From Eledone cirrhosa (lineage: Eukaryota), in contig OZ024744.1 in the NCBI GenBank assembly GCA_964016885.1, positions 39,990,001-40,054,000 of the forward strand: a stretch of 64,000 bases of DNA. Direction: 5' to 3'. This document shows, one piece after another, positions 18,001-31,170 of this stretch (its first letter is position 1; each line of letters begins with the position of its first letter). A program made the translations under genes and the position numbers. The notes under the pieces were generated by a model. The model did not search any database, had not been told where the DNA came from, and saw only the letters and a list, made by a program, of their open reading frames with translations.

Positions 18001-21000
18001 ATGTTGACACATATTGTTGATCCTACCCTGATGTTGATACCTATTGTTGATCCTACCCTAATGTTGACACCTATTGTTGATCCTACACTAATGATGACAC
18101 ATATTGTTGATCCTACACTAATGTTGACACATATTGTTGATCCTACACTGATGTTAACACCTATTGTTGATCCTACCCTAATGTTGACACATATTGTTCA
18201 TCCTCTCTAATGTTTACACATATTGTTGATCCTACCCCAATGTTGACACCTATTGTTTATCCTACCCCAATGTTGACACCTATTGTTGATCCTAAACTAA
18301 TGTTGACACCTATTGTTGATCCTATCCTAATGTTGACACATATTGTGGATTCTACCCTAATGTTGACACATATTGTTGATCCTACCCTAATGTTGACACA
18401 TATTGTTGATCCTACCCTAATGTTCACACATATTATTGATCCCACTCTAATGTTGACACATATTGGTGATCCTACCCTAATGTTGACACATATTGTTGAT
18501 CCTACCCTAATGTTGACACCTATTGTTGATCCTATCCTGATGTTGATACATATTGTTGATCCTACCCTAATGTTGACACCTATTGTTGATCCTACCCTAA
18601 TGTTGACACATATTGTTGATCCTACACTGATGTTGACACCTATTGTTGATGCTACCCTAATGTTGCCACATATTGTTGATCCTACCCTGATATTGACACC
18701 TATTGTTGATGCTACCCTAATGTTGACACCTATTGTTGATCCTACCCTAATGTTGACACCTATTGTTGATCCTATCCTGATGTTGATACATATTGTTGAT
18801 CCTACTCTAATGTTGACACCTATTGTTGATCCTACCCTAATGTTGACACATATTGTTGATCCTACACTGATGTTGACACCTATTGTTGATGCTACCCTAA
18901 TGTTGCCACATAATTTTGATCCTACCCTAATGTTGACACCTATTGTTGATCCTACCATAATGTTGACACCTATTGTTGGTCCTACCCTGATGTTGACACC
19001 TATTGTTGATCCTACCCTGATATTGACACCTATTGTTGATCCTACCCTGATCTTGACATCTATCGTTGATCCTAACCTAATGTTGGCACCTATTGTTGAT
19101 CCTACCCTAATGTTGACACCTATTGTTGATCCTATCCTGATGTTGATACATATTGTTGATCCTAACCTAATGTTCACACCTATTGTTGATCCTACCCTAA
19201 TGTTGACACCTATTGTTGATCCTATCCTGATGTTGATACATATTGTTGATCCTACCCTAATGTTGACACATATTGTGGGTCCTGCCCTAATGTTGACACA
19301 TATTGTTGATCCTACCCTAATGTTGACACATATTGTTGATCCTACCCTGATGTTGATACCTATTGTTGATCCTACCCTAATGTTGACACCTATTGTTGAT
19401 CCTACCCTAATGATGACACATATTGTTGATCCTACTCTAATGTTGACACATATTGTTGATCCTACACTGATGTTAACACCTATTGTTGATCCTACCCTAA
19501 TGTTGACACATATTGTTGATCCTACCCTAATGTTGACACATATTGTTGATCCTACCCTAATGTTGACACATATTGTTGATCCTACCCTAATGTTGACACC
19601 TATTGTTGGTCCTACCCTGATGTTGACTCCTATTGTTGATCCTACCCTGATATTGATACCTATTGTTGATCCTACCCTAATGTTGACACCTATTTTTGAT
19701 CCTACCCTAATGATGACACATATTGTTGATCCTACTCTAATGTTGACACATATTGTTGATCCTACCCCAATGTTGACACCTATTGTTGATCCTACACTGA
19801 TGTTGACACCTATTGTTGATCCTATCCTAATGTTGACACCTATTGTTGATTCTATCCTGATGTTGACACATATTGTTGATCCTACCCTAATGTTGACACA
19901 TATTGTGGATCCTACCCTAATGTTGACACCTATTGTTAAATCCTACCCTAATGTTGACACATATTGTTGATCCTACCCTGATGTTGATACCTATTGTTGA
20001 TCCTACCCTGATGTTGATACCTATTGTTGATCCTACCCTAATGTTGACACCTATTGTTGATCCTACCCTAATGATGACACATATTGTTGATCCTACTCTA
20101 ATGTTGACACATATTGTTGATCTTACACTGATGTTAACACCTATTGTTGATCCTACCCTAATGTTGACACATATTGTTCATCCTCTCTAATGTTTACACA
20201 TATTGTTGATCCTACCCCAATGTTGACACCTATTGTTTATCCTACCCCAATGTTGACACCTATTGTTGATCCTAACCTAATGTTGACATCTATTGTTGAT
20301 CCTATCCTAATGTTGACACATATTGTGGATTCTACCCTAATGTTGACACATATTGTTGATCCTACCCTAATGTTGACACATATTGTTGATCCTACCCTAA
20401 TGTTCACACATATTATTGATCCCACTCTAATGTTGACACATATTGGTGATCCTACGCTAATGTTGACACATATTGTTGATCCTACCCTGATGTTGACACC
20501 TATTGTTGATCCTACCCTAATGTTGACACCTATTTTTGATGCTACCCCAATGTTGACACCTGTTGTTGATCCTACCCTAATGTTGACACATATTGTTGAT
20601 CCTACCCTAATGTTGACACCTATTGTTGGTCCTACCCTGATGTTGACTCCTATTGTTGATCCTACCCTGATGTTGATACCTATTGTTGATCCTACCCTAA
20701 TGTAGACACCTATTTTTGATCCTACCCTAATGTTGACACCTATTCTTGATCCTACCCTAATGATGACACATATTGTTGATCCTACCCTAATGTTGACACA
20801 TATTGTTGATCCTACACTGATGTTGACACCTATTGTTGATGCTACCCTAATGTTGCCACATATTGTTGATCCTACCCTAATGTTGACACCTATTGTTGAT
20901 TCTACCCTAATGTTGACACCTATTGTTGATCCTACCCTGATATTGACACATATTGTTGATCCTACCCTAATGTTGACACATATTGTGTATCCTACCCCAA

Positions 21001-21432
21001 TGTTGACACCTATTGTTGATCCTACTCTAATGTTGACACATATTGCTGATCCTACCCTGATGTTGACACCTATTGTTGATCCTACCCCAATGTTGACACC
21101 TATTGTTGATCCTACCCCAATGTTGACACCTATTGTGGATCCTACCCTAATGTTGACACTTATTGTTTATCCTACCCTGATGTTGACATCTTTTGTTGAT
21201 CCTACCCTAATGCTGACACCTATTGTTGATGCTACACTAATGTTGACACATATTGTTGATCCTACCCTGATGGTGACACCTATTGTTGATCCTACCCCAA
21301 TGTTGACACCTATTGTTGATCCTATCCTGATATTGACACCTATTGTTGATCCTACCCTAATGTTGACACCTATTGTTGATCCTATCCTGATGTTGACACC
21401 TATTGTTGATCCTATCCTGATGTTGACATCTG
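1..21432. repeat. 30-bp tandem satellite, consensus ATTGTTGATCCTACCCTAATGTTGACAC(A/C)T, about 700 copies, runs off the left edge
   Basis: Directly visible 30-bp periodicity. Occasional 29-bp monomers shift the phase (e.g. near 137, 1786, 2445). kb-scale blocks recur, and the array degenerates after about 18200. Confidence 0.99.
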
Positions 21433-21802
21433 TATTGGGTTCATTTCATCATCGAACCAGCACTAGGGAGACTTCATTGTCTTTGGTTATACAAAAGAAC
21501 ATAATAATTTTATTACTATAGTGGCTGTTAACCACTTGACTGTGTATCTTGTGTATTTTGCTCTTATTTAAATATTAACTTGTGACTAAAAAAAGGACTC
21601 TATACATGTGATGATAGAGTGTAATAATTCTATTACACAGGTACCAACAACTGGCAAGATGTTTCACCTGGAGAGATGTAAAAACAACCCAGAATCCTCT
21701 GGTCATAGGTTATTTAGAATTTTAGATATGTGAGTTTTGTACACTTGTTTATGTACAATGATATAGACTGATGTTAAATGAGGATGATGGTAATGATGAC
21801 AC

Positions 21803-21912
21803 AGACACACACGCACACACACACATACATACATATTATATATATCCATACATACACACACACACACATACACACACATACATATATATATAAATGTATC
21901 TACATGTATATA
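21803..21912. repeat. Compound (CA)n/(TA)n microsatellite
   Basis: Direct sequence. Confidence 0.9.
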
Positions 21913-22221
21913 GTAATGTGTCTTTTGTCTTGGTTGGTATCTAGCAGCTGTAGTCTAATGCTAACAAGGATCAAATTAACTGCTTGTGTTGTTATTAAAA
22001 AAAAGAAAAAAAACATCAGCTTTAATTGACATCTCTCTCTTAAGGTTGCAATGATTGTAGCAGGTGTGTGTTTATTAAAGGGTGAAGATATTTTGTGACT
22101 GATGACTTATTTACATAGCAGTGTAATAATTAATACTATAATGTTAACAGTGTCTGGTATAAATATACAGTGTCATGGCCACAACCCACATGCTGGAACA
22201 GGTAACAGTATACAAAGGCTA

Positions 22222-22412
22222 AATATAATGGTTTCTGATTTAGGAACAAGGCCAACAATTTTATGGGAGGGAATGTCAATTAAATTGATCCCCAGTACTT
22301 TATTTTATCGATCCTGTAAAGATGAAAGGCAAAGTTAACTTCAGGGAGGAATGTAAAGGGTCGTAACTCTATACCGCAAAGCATGTTGTCCGATGCCCTA
22401 CTGATACTACCA
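22222..22412 (-). mobile_element. tRNA-derived SINE, family S1, decayed
   Basis: Reverse complement matches the + copies at 50209, 52950 and 57652 (TTTGCCTTTCATC...GATAAAATAAAGTAC core). Confidence 0.8.
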
Positions 22413-22420
22413 AAAATATA

Positions 22421-23000
22421 TATAATTGTCTCCTCTACATTTGGCACAATGATAGCTTTTGGAAGGGAAGGGGAAAGTCGATTAAATCGACCCCTGGTGT
22501 GTTACTGGTACTTTATTTTATTGACCTCGTAAGGATGAAAGGAAAAGCTAACCTCAGCAGAATTTGAACTCAGAACTTAAAGGGCTGTAACTCTATATCA
22601 TAAAGCAGGGGTCCCTAACCTTTTGGGTCAACGGGCTGGATAGCCATGCAGTGGTGGCTCCGTGGGCCGGATGCGTAATTAATACTACTTATATACAAAT
22701 TAGTAATCATTTATTTATCCCTTATGTTAGATTTGAAACAAAATTCAATATTCATACTTAGAGCTGTCCCAAGCAGAAAAATACATTTAAACATTGTTTT
22801 ATTCGGCAATATCGATATATCGGGTGCAAATTTATTGCAAACTGTACCCTTTTTAGAACCCTCGTGGGCAGGATAAAGGCCTTTGCAGGCCAGATTGAAA
22901 CCCTTCGCGGGCTGGATGTGGCCCGCGGGCCGGGGGTTGGGGATCCCTGCCATAAAGCATATTGCTTGATGCTCTACCGATACTGACAATCCACTGCCCT
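22421..23000 (-). mobile_element. tRNA-derived SINE, family S1, interrupted by a hAT MITE
   Basis: B-box-like GAGTTCAAAT on the - strand near 22562-22572. The S1 core precedes the MITE and the SINE head resumes after it. Confidence 0.8.
22606..22949. mobile_element. Non-autonomous hAT-type DNA transposon (MITE)
   Basis: TIRs CAGGGGTCCCTAACC / GGTTGGGGATCCCTG; 8-bp TSD TCATAAAG (22598-22605) / CCATAAAG (22950-22957). Confidence 0.88.
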
Positions 23001-23129
23001 TACAAAAAGTATATATATAATAAAATATGTTTGTAGTCTTGCTATGAAATTGGGTCTCATTGGGTCCTGTTTCTTCAGTTTGAGATGTAGATTGAACAGA
23101 CCATACTGTAGTAGAGTAAAGATTTCAGA

Positions 23130-24260
23130 TACAGCCATATTATTATTTTGTACTTTTCAATACTTTGCAGTATTAGGATAAAAATTTTCAATTTTTAATG
23201 TGATGCAGTCAAAATACTAGTTCGTACTTTTCAAGAATATCTTGCTAATGTAGTTTCATATGGTTTGATAATTAAATTGTTTATGGTGTCTTTATTAGAG
23301 GACAGATCATTGTGAAAAGTTTGCAGTATTAGGGTAAAAACTTCATAATATTAGTTAGCACTTTTCAAGAATATCTTGCTAATGGGGACTCATGTTTACA
23401 CTGTCTTTCTTAGAGGACAGATCATTGCAAACATTTGCAATACTAGAGTAAAAAAATTGTCGTGCAGCCATAGTACTATTTTGTACATTTGAAGAATGTC
23501 TTGCTAAAGCAGTTTCATGTGGTAAAGGACATTAAGAGTTAATTCAAATGTTTATAGTATCTTTATTAGTGGTTCGGGTCATTGTGAAAAATTTCAGTAT
23601 TAAAGTGAAGGCTTTAATTTTTAATGTGATTAAGTCATATTGCTGTTTTAAACTTTTCAAGAATGTCTTGCTAATGCAGTTACAGATGCTACAAGATGTT
23701 AAAAGTTAATTCAAATGTTTATAGTATCTTTACTAGTGGACAGATTGTTGTAAAATTTGCAATATTAGATTCAAAACTTTGATTTTTAGTATGATACAGG
23801 TTTGCGGTCGTGCCCTTGACAGTGGAGACTTCTGGTGTCCTTGGCCCAATGGCTACCTCCCTACTCACCACCATAGGGGCTGAGCTGGCCAACCACAGGT
23901 GTGAGCCTCACGAGATGGAATGGCTCTTCCAGCGCATCTCCCTTATCATCCTCCAGGGAAACGCCTTTCTCCATTCTGTCCGCCGGGGTTATGGGGAGGC
24001 CAGCATGTGGGACCCCATTTTCCCACCATACAGAGAGATGGGGCGGGTGAGAGAGATGGAGGCGATGATGGTGGGAGTTTGGCTCTTCCACGTTCGGACC
24101 ATATCCTTGTTGTTATAATATATATTTATTATGTAGAATAGTTGTAATAATATCTCTTGTGATCCTTACCCTTTCCTCTTATTTATAGTCATAGTACCAT
24201 TTTATACTTTTCAAGAATGCCTTACCATTGTGGTTTCATGTGGTACAGGATATTAAGAAT
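23130..24260. repeat. Old degenerate tandem repeat, unit about 115-165 bp, 5-6 copies, interrupted by a CRE-like fragment
   Basis: Recurring TTTGCAGTATTAGG, TTTTCAAGAAT(A/G)TCTTGCTAATG and AGAGGACAGATCATTG motifs near 23164, 23320, 23435, 23592 and 23756; the unit resumes at about 24187. Confidence 0.8.
23800..24186 (+). mobile_element. 3' fragment of a CRE-like (restriction-like endonuclease) non-LTR retrotransposon
   Basis: Translation PLTVETSGVLGP...WLFQRISLIILQGNA matches the C-terminal P.AxETxG...QRLSxxLQRGNA motif of CRE-clade ORFs; GC-rich island in AT-rich DNA. Confidence 0.7.
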
Positions 24261-25112
24261 GAATAATGAATTCATAATTCGTTCACCTGCCTTTCCCAAG
24301 CTACGGGCCTAATTACATGGCATGACTAAAACAAACAGATATGACTTCATATAGTTATTTATTCATTTATTTATTTATTTATTCATAACTGACTCCATAT
24401 CAGTATTCTACTAGTAATTATCTAAACAAAGCTAATTAACAGCGATATGTTATTTTAAATAAGACAATGAATCGAAAAATACTACTTACTGTTAGTGGTG
24501 GTTATCATGTATTAGAAATAAAATTAAAATGATATCTGAAAAAACGTACTTGAGAACATGACTTCCTTCTTCGCATTTTAAGGGTTTTATATCTTTTGAT
24601 GGAAAACAGTGACCGTTTTCGGATTGGCATTTCGTAAAATGGTACTGTATGTTAACAGCGAAAGAAAGCTGCGAAAGAACGCAGCGAAATAAATTGATGA
24701 GTTAGTATTAGAACAGGGGGAAATAACTCACCGAACGCGATAGTTTTGGGGCCCCAGGGACCACATTTTTCAAGTTAGAGAAAAGTCTATTTGCTTCCTT
24801 GGCACTTTTTACATAGGTGTGTAAATTTCCATGTCAGTCTGACCACGTCTACTACCATTTAACCGTGCACATCTGAATTTCAACCACCGCCCATTTCACA
24901 AATATATATTAGATTGTCCAATAATAATTCACCTGAAGCAATGCTGCTGTTGTTGTTGTTGTTGTTGTTGTTGTTGCTACTTAGAATATTTACTGTCTGG
25001 TTTTCTTTCTTTGCTTAAGAATTAACAAGTGATCTCTACTGCGAAATCATTGGCGTTATTGTTGTTGACAAATCCATCACCACCAGCATCACCACTACTA
25101 TCACCATAGTAT

Positions 25113-25271
25113 CAGGGCCGTCTTAATGCATGGGCATACTGGGCAGTTGCCCGGGAGACCCACGAGGATAGAGGGCCCATTTGTATTTTTATTCCTGTGA
25201 GTGGTTGTGTAGGATGGGGCCCCAGTGCTCTGCTTTGCCCGGGGGCCTATAATGCTGTTAAGACGGCCCTG
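25113..25271. mobile_element. hAT-type MITE, 159 bp
   Basis: Perfect 14-bp TIRs CAGGGCCGTCTTAA / TTAAGACGGCCCTG; perfect 8-bp TSD CATAGTAT at 25105-25112 and 25272-25279. Confidence 0.93.
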
Positions 25272-25397
25272 CATAGTATCACAATGACTCTCGCTGCCAC
25301 TGAATACACACTTACACACACACACACCTACACACACACACACTTACACATATATGTGACTGCATATTTTATAAATATTTTTATATCTATATCTATC

Positions 25398-25650
25398 TCA
25401 TCGTCATCATAATCATCATCATCATCACCATCATCATTATTTTATGTTCCTTTTTCCATGATTGTATGACTTGGACAGATCTTCTTTTCATTGCATTCCA
25501 TGATTGCATGGGTTGGACAGGTTTCCAATCATTGCACTCCATTGTCATCTCCACTGTGAGGTTTAGCATTTTGAGGTCAGTCCTCAACACTTTTGCTTTC
25601 AGGTCTTCCCCAATCTTCTGCTACTGCAGCTGCTTTCTTCCACTGACATC
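25398..25650 (-). mobile_element. RTE LINE extreme 3' fragment with decayed (GAT)n tail
   Basis: LRTDLKMLNLTVEMT resembles VRTDLRSLKLTVEMT of the 58625-61275 RTE; (CAT)n on the + strand. Confidence 0.7.
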
Positions 25651-25689
25651 TGATACTGTTGTGGTGATGAAAATGGAAAAGGAGGAGCT

Positions 25690-25878
25690 CTCGGGTCAAA
25701 GAATAGGAGGGGGAAGGGGAAGGATGATGGGCTCTAGGTGTAGGGCATTGTGGCATTGGGGCTATGCCCTGCGGACAAAAGCCAGGAAAATCTGCTGCAA
25801 CAGCCACCCCACCTCGCAGGGCTCCTTCCTCAGATAGGCTGCCAAAGTTCCGATCTTGTGGAGGAACTCAGCAATACT
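25690..25878 (-). mobile_element. Second CRE-like 3' fragment
   Basis: - strand translation SIAEFLHKIGTLAAYLRKEPCEVGWLLQQIFLAFVRRA aligns with ATSLLTTIGAELANHRCEPHEMEWLFQRISLIILQGNA of the 23800 fragment. Confidence 0.6.
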
Positions 25879-25884
25879 TATTCA

Positions 25885-26610
25885 CACAGCAATTGTTATC
25901 TATATGCATCAAATGTCTATACCAGCACATTCTTCTCTCTTGTACACCATATCTGATTCTTCTTATACTCAGTTTTTCTATCAGCTCTTCTATGCTTTGT
26001 CACTCATGCACACATGTTACACATTCAATGAAGCATAACTTGCTTCATTTAACCCCTACCTTCACTTCCAATGCCTCACTGCCATGCAACATCATACATT
26101 TCTTATGCAAGCATTATAAAATCTGTCTGTCATTCAGGAATATTAAATGTTGTTTTCCTACTGTGGTAGTTGGACTTTTACCATCTTATTCTAGTTCCTC
26201 TGCTTTCAGAGCAATCTCCTTCACTGCTAATTAGGTTACCTAGGGAACAAAAACTATTAACTACTTCTATAGTACCTTTCCAGGATTCTAAAGAGTTTAT
26301 TTCATTGCTGCCCTTACTTCACACTATTCTAGTACATCTGCCACATGCAAAATCTACTTTTTCTGTTAGTCTGCCTGCTATCCCATTACACCTCTTATGT
26401 ACTATACCAATGTGAACTTTGTATAGAGCTCCTACTTGCTCCTTTTCTGCGAACACAAGCATTTCTCTGGTGGTATCAGAGTCTTGTCTACTTTCCTACT
26501 TATTAACATTTTTGCCTTTTGCTAGATTTACTCTAAGCTCTTTTGATTCTGAATTTTGTTTCCATGACAGGAATTTCTTCTTTAGTTATTCCACATATTC
26601 ATCTATGAAA
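25885..26610 (-). mobile_element. Highly decayed RTE LINE fragment (end of RT, Cys cluster, C-terminal region)
   Basis: Similar to the RTE copies at 33300-34080 (HKRC.GI.G.LT and MLHGSE motifs on the - strand). Confidence 0.75.
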
Positions 26611-26899
26611 ACTGTTTTAACCTGGAAAACTATAATAAACAGGAGGGTCTTGAGACAATAATTATTGAGAGCCTTAATCCTTTAGCATTTACATCGGCCA
26701 TATCCAACCAGATTTCTCTCACCTCTTTCTGTTCAAACTGGCTGTAACCAGTTACTCATACTGATGTTAAGGTATTGTTCTCAAGATAAAAAACAGCAAA
26801 ATCTCATAGATTTGATATTATGTGAGGTAAAGTGTTTACCACAAAAATACAATAGTATATAGAGAATAATGTAAATGATAAAGGATTAATGAACACCCA

Positions 26900-27470
26900 T
26901 CTTCACATTGAATTATCACTAAACCCACTTTCTACTCTCACTTTACTGGCAGCACCTGTGTGCAAGGCTGGCACTGTACTCACAAGCCCCACATCTACAC
27001 CCACTTTCCTGAAGATAACAAATTGTGGTACTCTGACAAAGGCCTTTTCCAGATCTACAAAAGCTATCTACAGCAGCTTACACTTAGCTAGGAATTTCTC
27101 TTGCAGTTGTTTCAATAAGAAGAGAGCATCTGTGGTGCTCTTTCCTGGCACAAAGCCAAATTGCCTCTCATCTTATTTCATTCTTTCCTTAATTATTTGT
27201 GCTAATACTTTTTCCATTACTTTCATAACTTAATCCATCAGTGTCATGCCTCTGTAGTTGTTCCTTTCTAGTGCATCATCTTTTCCCTTGTAACTATTAA
27301 GGATTAGATTGCTTTACCAGTCATTGTGTATAGCACCATAAGTATTACCCAATTGACTATGTGGGTGTCTAGCCCAAGTCCTATTTCCCCAGATGAGTTC
27401 AGCATCCCAGTGATTATCTCTGATGGACTAGCAGCTTTTCTGTTTGTCATCTCTCTGATTGCTGTATTGA

Positions 27471-27472
<2 letters not shown>
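26900..27472 (-). mobile_element. Decayed RTE LINE RT fragment
   Basis: - strand motifs KGK.DALERNNYRG, QFGFVPGKSTTDA and VDLEKAF. Confidence 0.85.
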
Positions 27473-27532
<60 letters not shown>

Positions 27533-27535
<3 letters not shown>

Positions 27536-28291
27536 ATCCTCATTGTTTAATGTCTATTTTCCATGCTAGCATGGGTTGGACGAGTTGTCCCATTGTGAGA
27601 CAAGCCAGGTCAGATGACTATGACTCGATCATACAGAACTGTTTCTAGCTTGGTTTCTATGGCTGGATGCCCTTCCTAACGCCAACCACATTTACAGTGT
27701 GGGTTGAGTGCTTTTTGTTGTGATACCAACAACTTTACAGTGTAAGAGTGGTGTAATCAGATGTGGGTGGGGTATTAGAGTGTGGGAGATGTATGGAAGG
27801 GGAGGGAGGGTAGTGGTAATGAGGTGCCTTCTAGATGCATGCTTCAGTCCGTGTGCATGGGAAGGTGGGTCTTCTATATTACTGCATAACGCCAAAGATC
27901 TCAATCCTGTGTCATTATCTTTGAGAGGTGCAATTGTGCAAGGTCAGATTTTATCACCTCATCCCAGAACTTTCTGGGTCTTCCTACTCCATAACTTCCA
28001 TCAATTCGCACCTTTTTATACAGCTGTCATCTTTCATATGCATCACATACCAATACTCTCTAGTATACTGCATCTAATCCCCCTTATGCTTAATTCTCTC
28101 TCAGTTCATTTACACTTTGCCATTCGTGTATTTTACTATTACACATCCATCGGAGCATGCAGGCTTCATTTATTTTCAATCTCTGCAGGTCCTTTGCACA
28201 GTGCCCAGGTTTCACTACTGTGTAACATTACTGTTCATATACAAGCATTGTACAATCTGCCCTTCATTTTAAGGGAAAAACCTTTTGTAGC

Positions 28292-28292
<1 letters not shown>
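27533..28292 (-). mobile_element. RTE LINE 3' fragment with 3' UTR
   Basis: 3' UTR hallmarks (CCATGCTAGCATGGGTT, GGCTGGATGCCCTTCCTAAC) shared with other RTE-A copies; C-terminal ORF remnants. Confidence 0.85.
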
Positions 28293-28329
<37 letters not shown>

Positions 28330-28354
28330 TTTGTGTGTGTGTGAAGGAAGGAGC

Positions 28355-28570
28355 TTTGTTGTGTCCTTCAGTAAGATATTTTATGTTGCTCCAGTTCACC
28401 CAGCTGGCAAAAATGAGTTGTATCTGTAATTCAAAGGACCAGCCTTGTCACATTCTGTGTCTCACTGAATCTCCCTGAGAAATATGTTAAGGTTATAATT
28501 TCATGAGCAAGCTGTTCTGTTTATCATAACAACTGGAACACCAGTTGTTGTAACCAATGGAGTGCCAGTT
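28355..28570 (+). mobile_element. Headless SINE body, related to family S2
   Basis: TTGTGTCCTT...TTGCTCCAGTTCACCCAGCTG resembles the S2 body at 63895-63945. Confidence 0.55.
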
Positions 28571-28814
28571 ATATATATGTATGCATGTGTGTGTGTTTCC
28601 GTATATGTGTGCATGCATGTGTGTGTGAGAGAGGGTGTGTGTATGTGTCACTTGGTTAAGAAAATCAGGTCTTCTATTAATTCTTTACCATTTACATTAC
28701 TCTATATATACTATTGTATTTTTGTGGTAAAGGCTTTATCTCACATAATAACGAACCTACAAGACTTTGATGTTATTTATTTTGAGAACAATACCTTAAC
28801 ATCAATATAAGCAT

Positions 28815-31170
28815 CTTGAAACGAACCAGACATTTTTCTTTTTTCCAAGCTCAAGAGGGTCATCGTGAGGACCCGTTTTCTGGATGTGGAAGCCATCAAG
28901 AGGGCCATGACAATAGTTTGGGAGTAGTATTAAAACAGATTGAAAATCATAGCCTGCCACTACCACAGAGCTTCGGTCAGCCGCCACTAGACTGGCATTG
29001 GACTACAACTTAGTGGGCTGGCATCTGCGACTATGTCACCTTACTGACCTGGATGGGGGGAGGGGAACCTGCCTAGGCTGGTTTACTGTGTGTGGGGGTA
29101 AATAGTTAGTTAGCCGAGCAGCTTCCGTCACATTTGCACCTGCGCAAAGTTGTGGAGGCTGATTGGGGCTCACAAGGGATCGGGTGAAGGCTTTAAGAAC
29201 ATCATTTTTGCCCGTTCCCTTGTCACTTCAATTTGGATTGCCTTGACAATGTAACCTTATTATGTAAGATGTTGTCTGATGAGATTATGGCACTGGAATG
29301 TGGAATTGCATGGCCACTGTTGTCATTGAAATATGTATCACAGGCAGGCACTTTGCTCTAGCTCCCTCTAATATTGTCCTCAGCATCAGGATATGACTGG
29401 TCGTTGATCATCCCTCTCTGAAGCCATTCTGGTTGTCCCTGAGCTTCTTCTCCATCTCGGGCTGGATCCTGTTAAGAATCATCCTGTTGACGGTCTTTGT
29501 CACAAGTGACCTCAGTGAGATCCCCCTGTAGTTGTTGGTGTTAGAGAGCTCTTCCTTCTTTGGCATTCGGACGATGTTACTGTTCCTCCATTGATTCGGT
29601 TGGATTCAGGGCAACTCCTTTCTCCAGTGCCTGGTTACAGAACCCCAGGATGATATCATCAAAATAACACCTCTTCATCACCTCTGATGCCACTCCATCT
29701 TCTCCATGAGCCTTGCCCTCCTTGATCTTCTTCTTGGCTCTCTGAAGCTACTCTCTGGTGAAGGGTCCTGTCTCAATATCCAGTTCCTCAAACAGCCGCC
29801 TGATCTCCCCAGTGTTCTGGGCTGTGGAGGGCGGCTCTCCTAGTAGGGTCCTAAAATGGTCCAGCCATTTCCTCTTCCTATCCTTGGGCCCTGTTCCCTG
29901 GATCTGACTCGAACACCTTCTCTTCCTCCCTGTGATCTCGTTGATGATCATTCAGCTCTCCTTACATCCAGACCTGCCAACCGCTCTCTCCACACTTCTG
30001 ATCTACTCTATCAGTGCCTCCTCTCTGGCCTCAGTGTAAGCAGTACAGAGTTCTTCCCTCATCACCTCCACATTCTCCTTCCTCTCCTCTGTAGGATCAG
30101 CATAGAATTGGTCCTTGGCAGCTTTCATGTGTTCTCTGGCTGCACACACTTTTTGGGTCTGCAGAGCTGACGTGCTTCCTCTTATTCTTTCTCCTCGGCA
30201 CCAGGGTCTCACTTGCTTCCGCCACTGCATTGATGAAGTACCCGTACCTCCTCATCACACTCTCCTGAGTCCCTTCAATCTCTCTCTCCTCTGCCTCTCC
30301 ACACAGAGCATTGAACCTGTTCCTCACTTCTACTGTGAATCTCTCCTGTAGCTTATCATCTTCCTTGAAAGCTCCCCAGTCATAGATTGCTCTCCGGGGC
30401 TGAGCCTTGCTCTTTAAGCTCACCCGGACCTCACTCATAACAAGCCGGTGGTCACTACCCAGTGTACTGAAATAGCTGTATAGTTCTGTGTTCAGAACAC
30501 TATTCCGCCACTTTTTACTCACCAGAATGAAATCAATCTGGGACTTGGACAGGTGCATATCTGAGATGTAGGTCCACATCTTCCCCGGATTCTTCCTAAA
30601 CCTTAGGTTGGTTGCCATCAAGTTCACCTCCAGCAGGGTGTCTCTCAGTAGTCTTCCATTTCGGTTGGTGTTATGGAAGTACCAGCAAGGATCTTCACTG
30701 CTCTCCTTACTCAATGTCCATTTAAGTCCCCCAGAACAAGCAGGATGTTGTGAGCTTGTGTGGTGTTGATAGCTCTACACACCTCCTCATGGAAATCCTC
30801 TACACTTACATCATTGTCTCCCTCGGTTGGACTATAGGCTGAGATGACTGTCAGTCTTGGGTTTCCATTGAAGGTCACCCTCAACACTCGCAGGGAGACA
30901 GGTATGATTTTCCTCACCAATAGACTGGTTTTTGCACTGAAAACAAAACCCACTCCTTCTACTGCAGGATTCGTCATGTTCCTCACTGCCGATGAGGTGA
31001 TGAGCTGGCTCCTCTTTCCAATCATCACACTCCTCACGGGCTCATCGTGAAGGATCCTGTGTTCTTGAATCGCAAGTATCTGCATACCACTCTCCTCAAA
31101 CAGATGACCCAATTCCTCTCTCTTCAGCGTCCGAACAGTCTTCATATTCAGAGTGCCCATTTTAATGGCA
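28815..31170 (-). mobile_element. Decayed, internally deleted LINE of the RTE group (RTE-X-like): APE endonuclease plus start of RT
   Basis: ORFs 30711-31160 and 30097-30714 show APE motifs GTLN, IQEHR, SAYSPT, LGDLNGH, QIDFIL and SDHRLV. NYRGISL lies near 29515-29535. Frameshifts and stops present. Confidence 0.85.

Noticed and set aside
138-21521. Long ORFs (MLTPIVDPTL)n on + and (VGSTIGVNIR)n on -, chained by TAATG stop/start overlaps like a coupled operon
   Set aside because: A 30-bp unit with one stop-free frame per strand gives such ORFs automatically. The overlaps arise wherever a 29-bp monomer shifts the frame onto the unit's own TAATG. There are no unique domains, and frameshifts are freely tolerated.
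21640-21710. + strand exon after TTACACAG, with a short resemblance to 50515-50550
   Set aside because: Weak donor, no recognisable peptide, and the similarity is under 30 bp with gaps.
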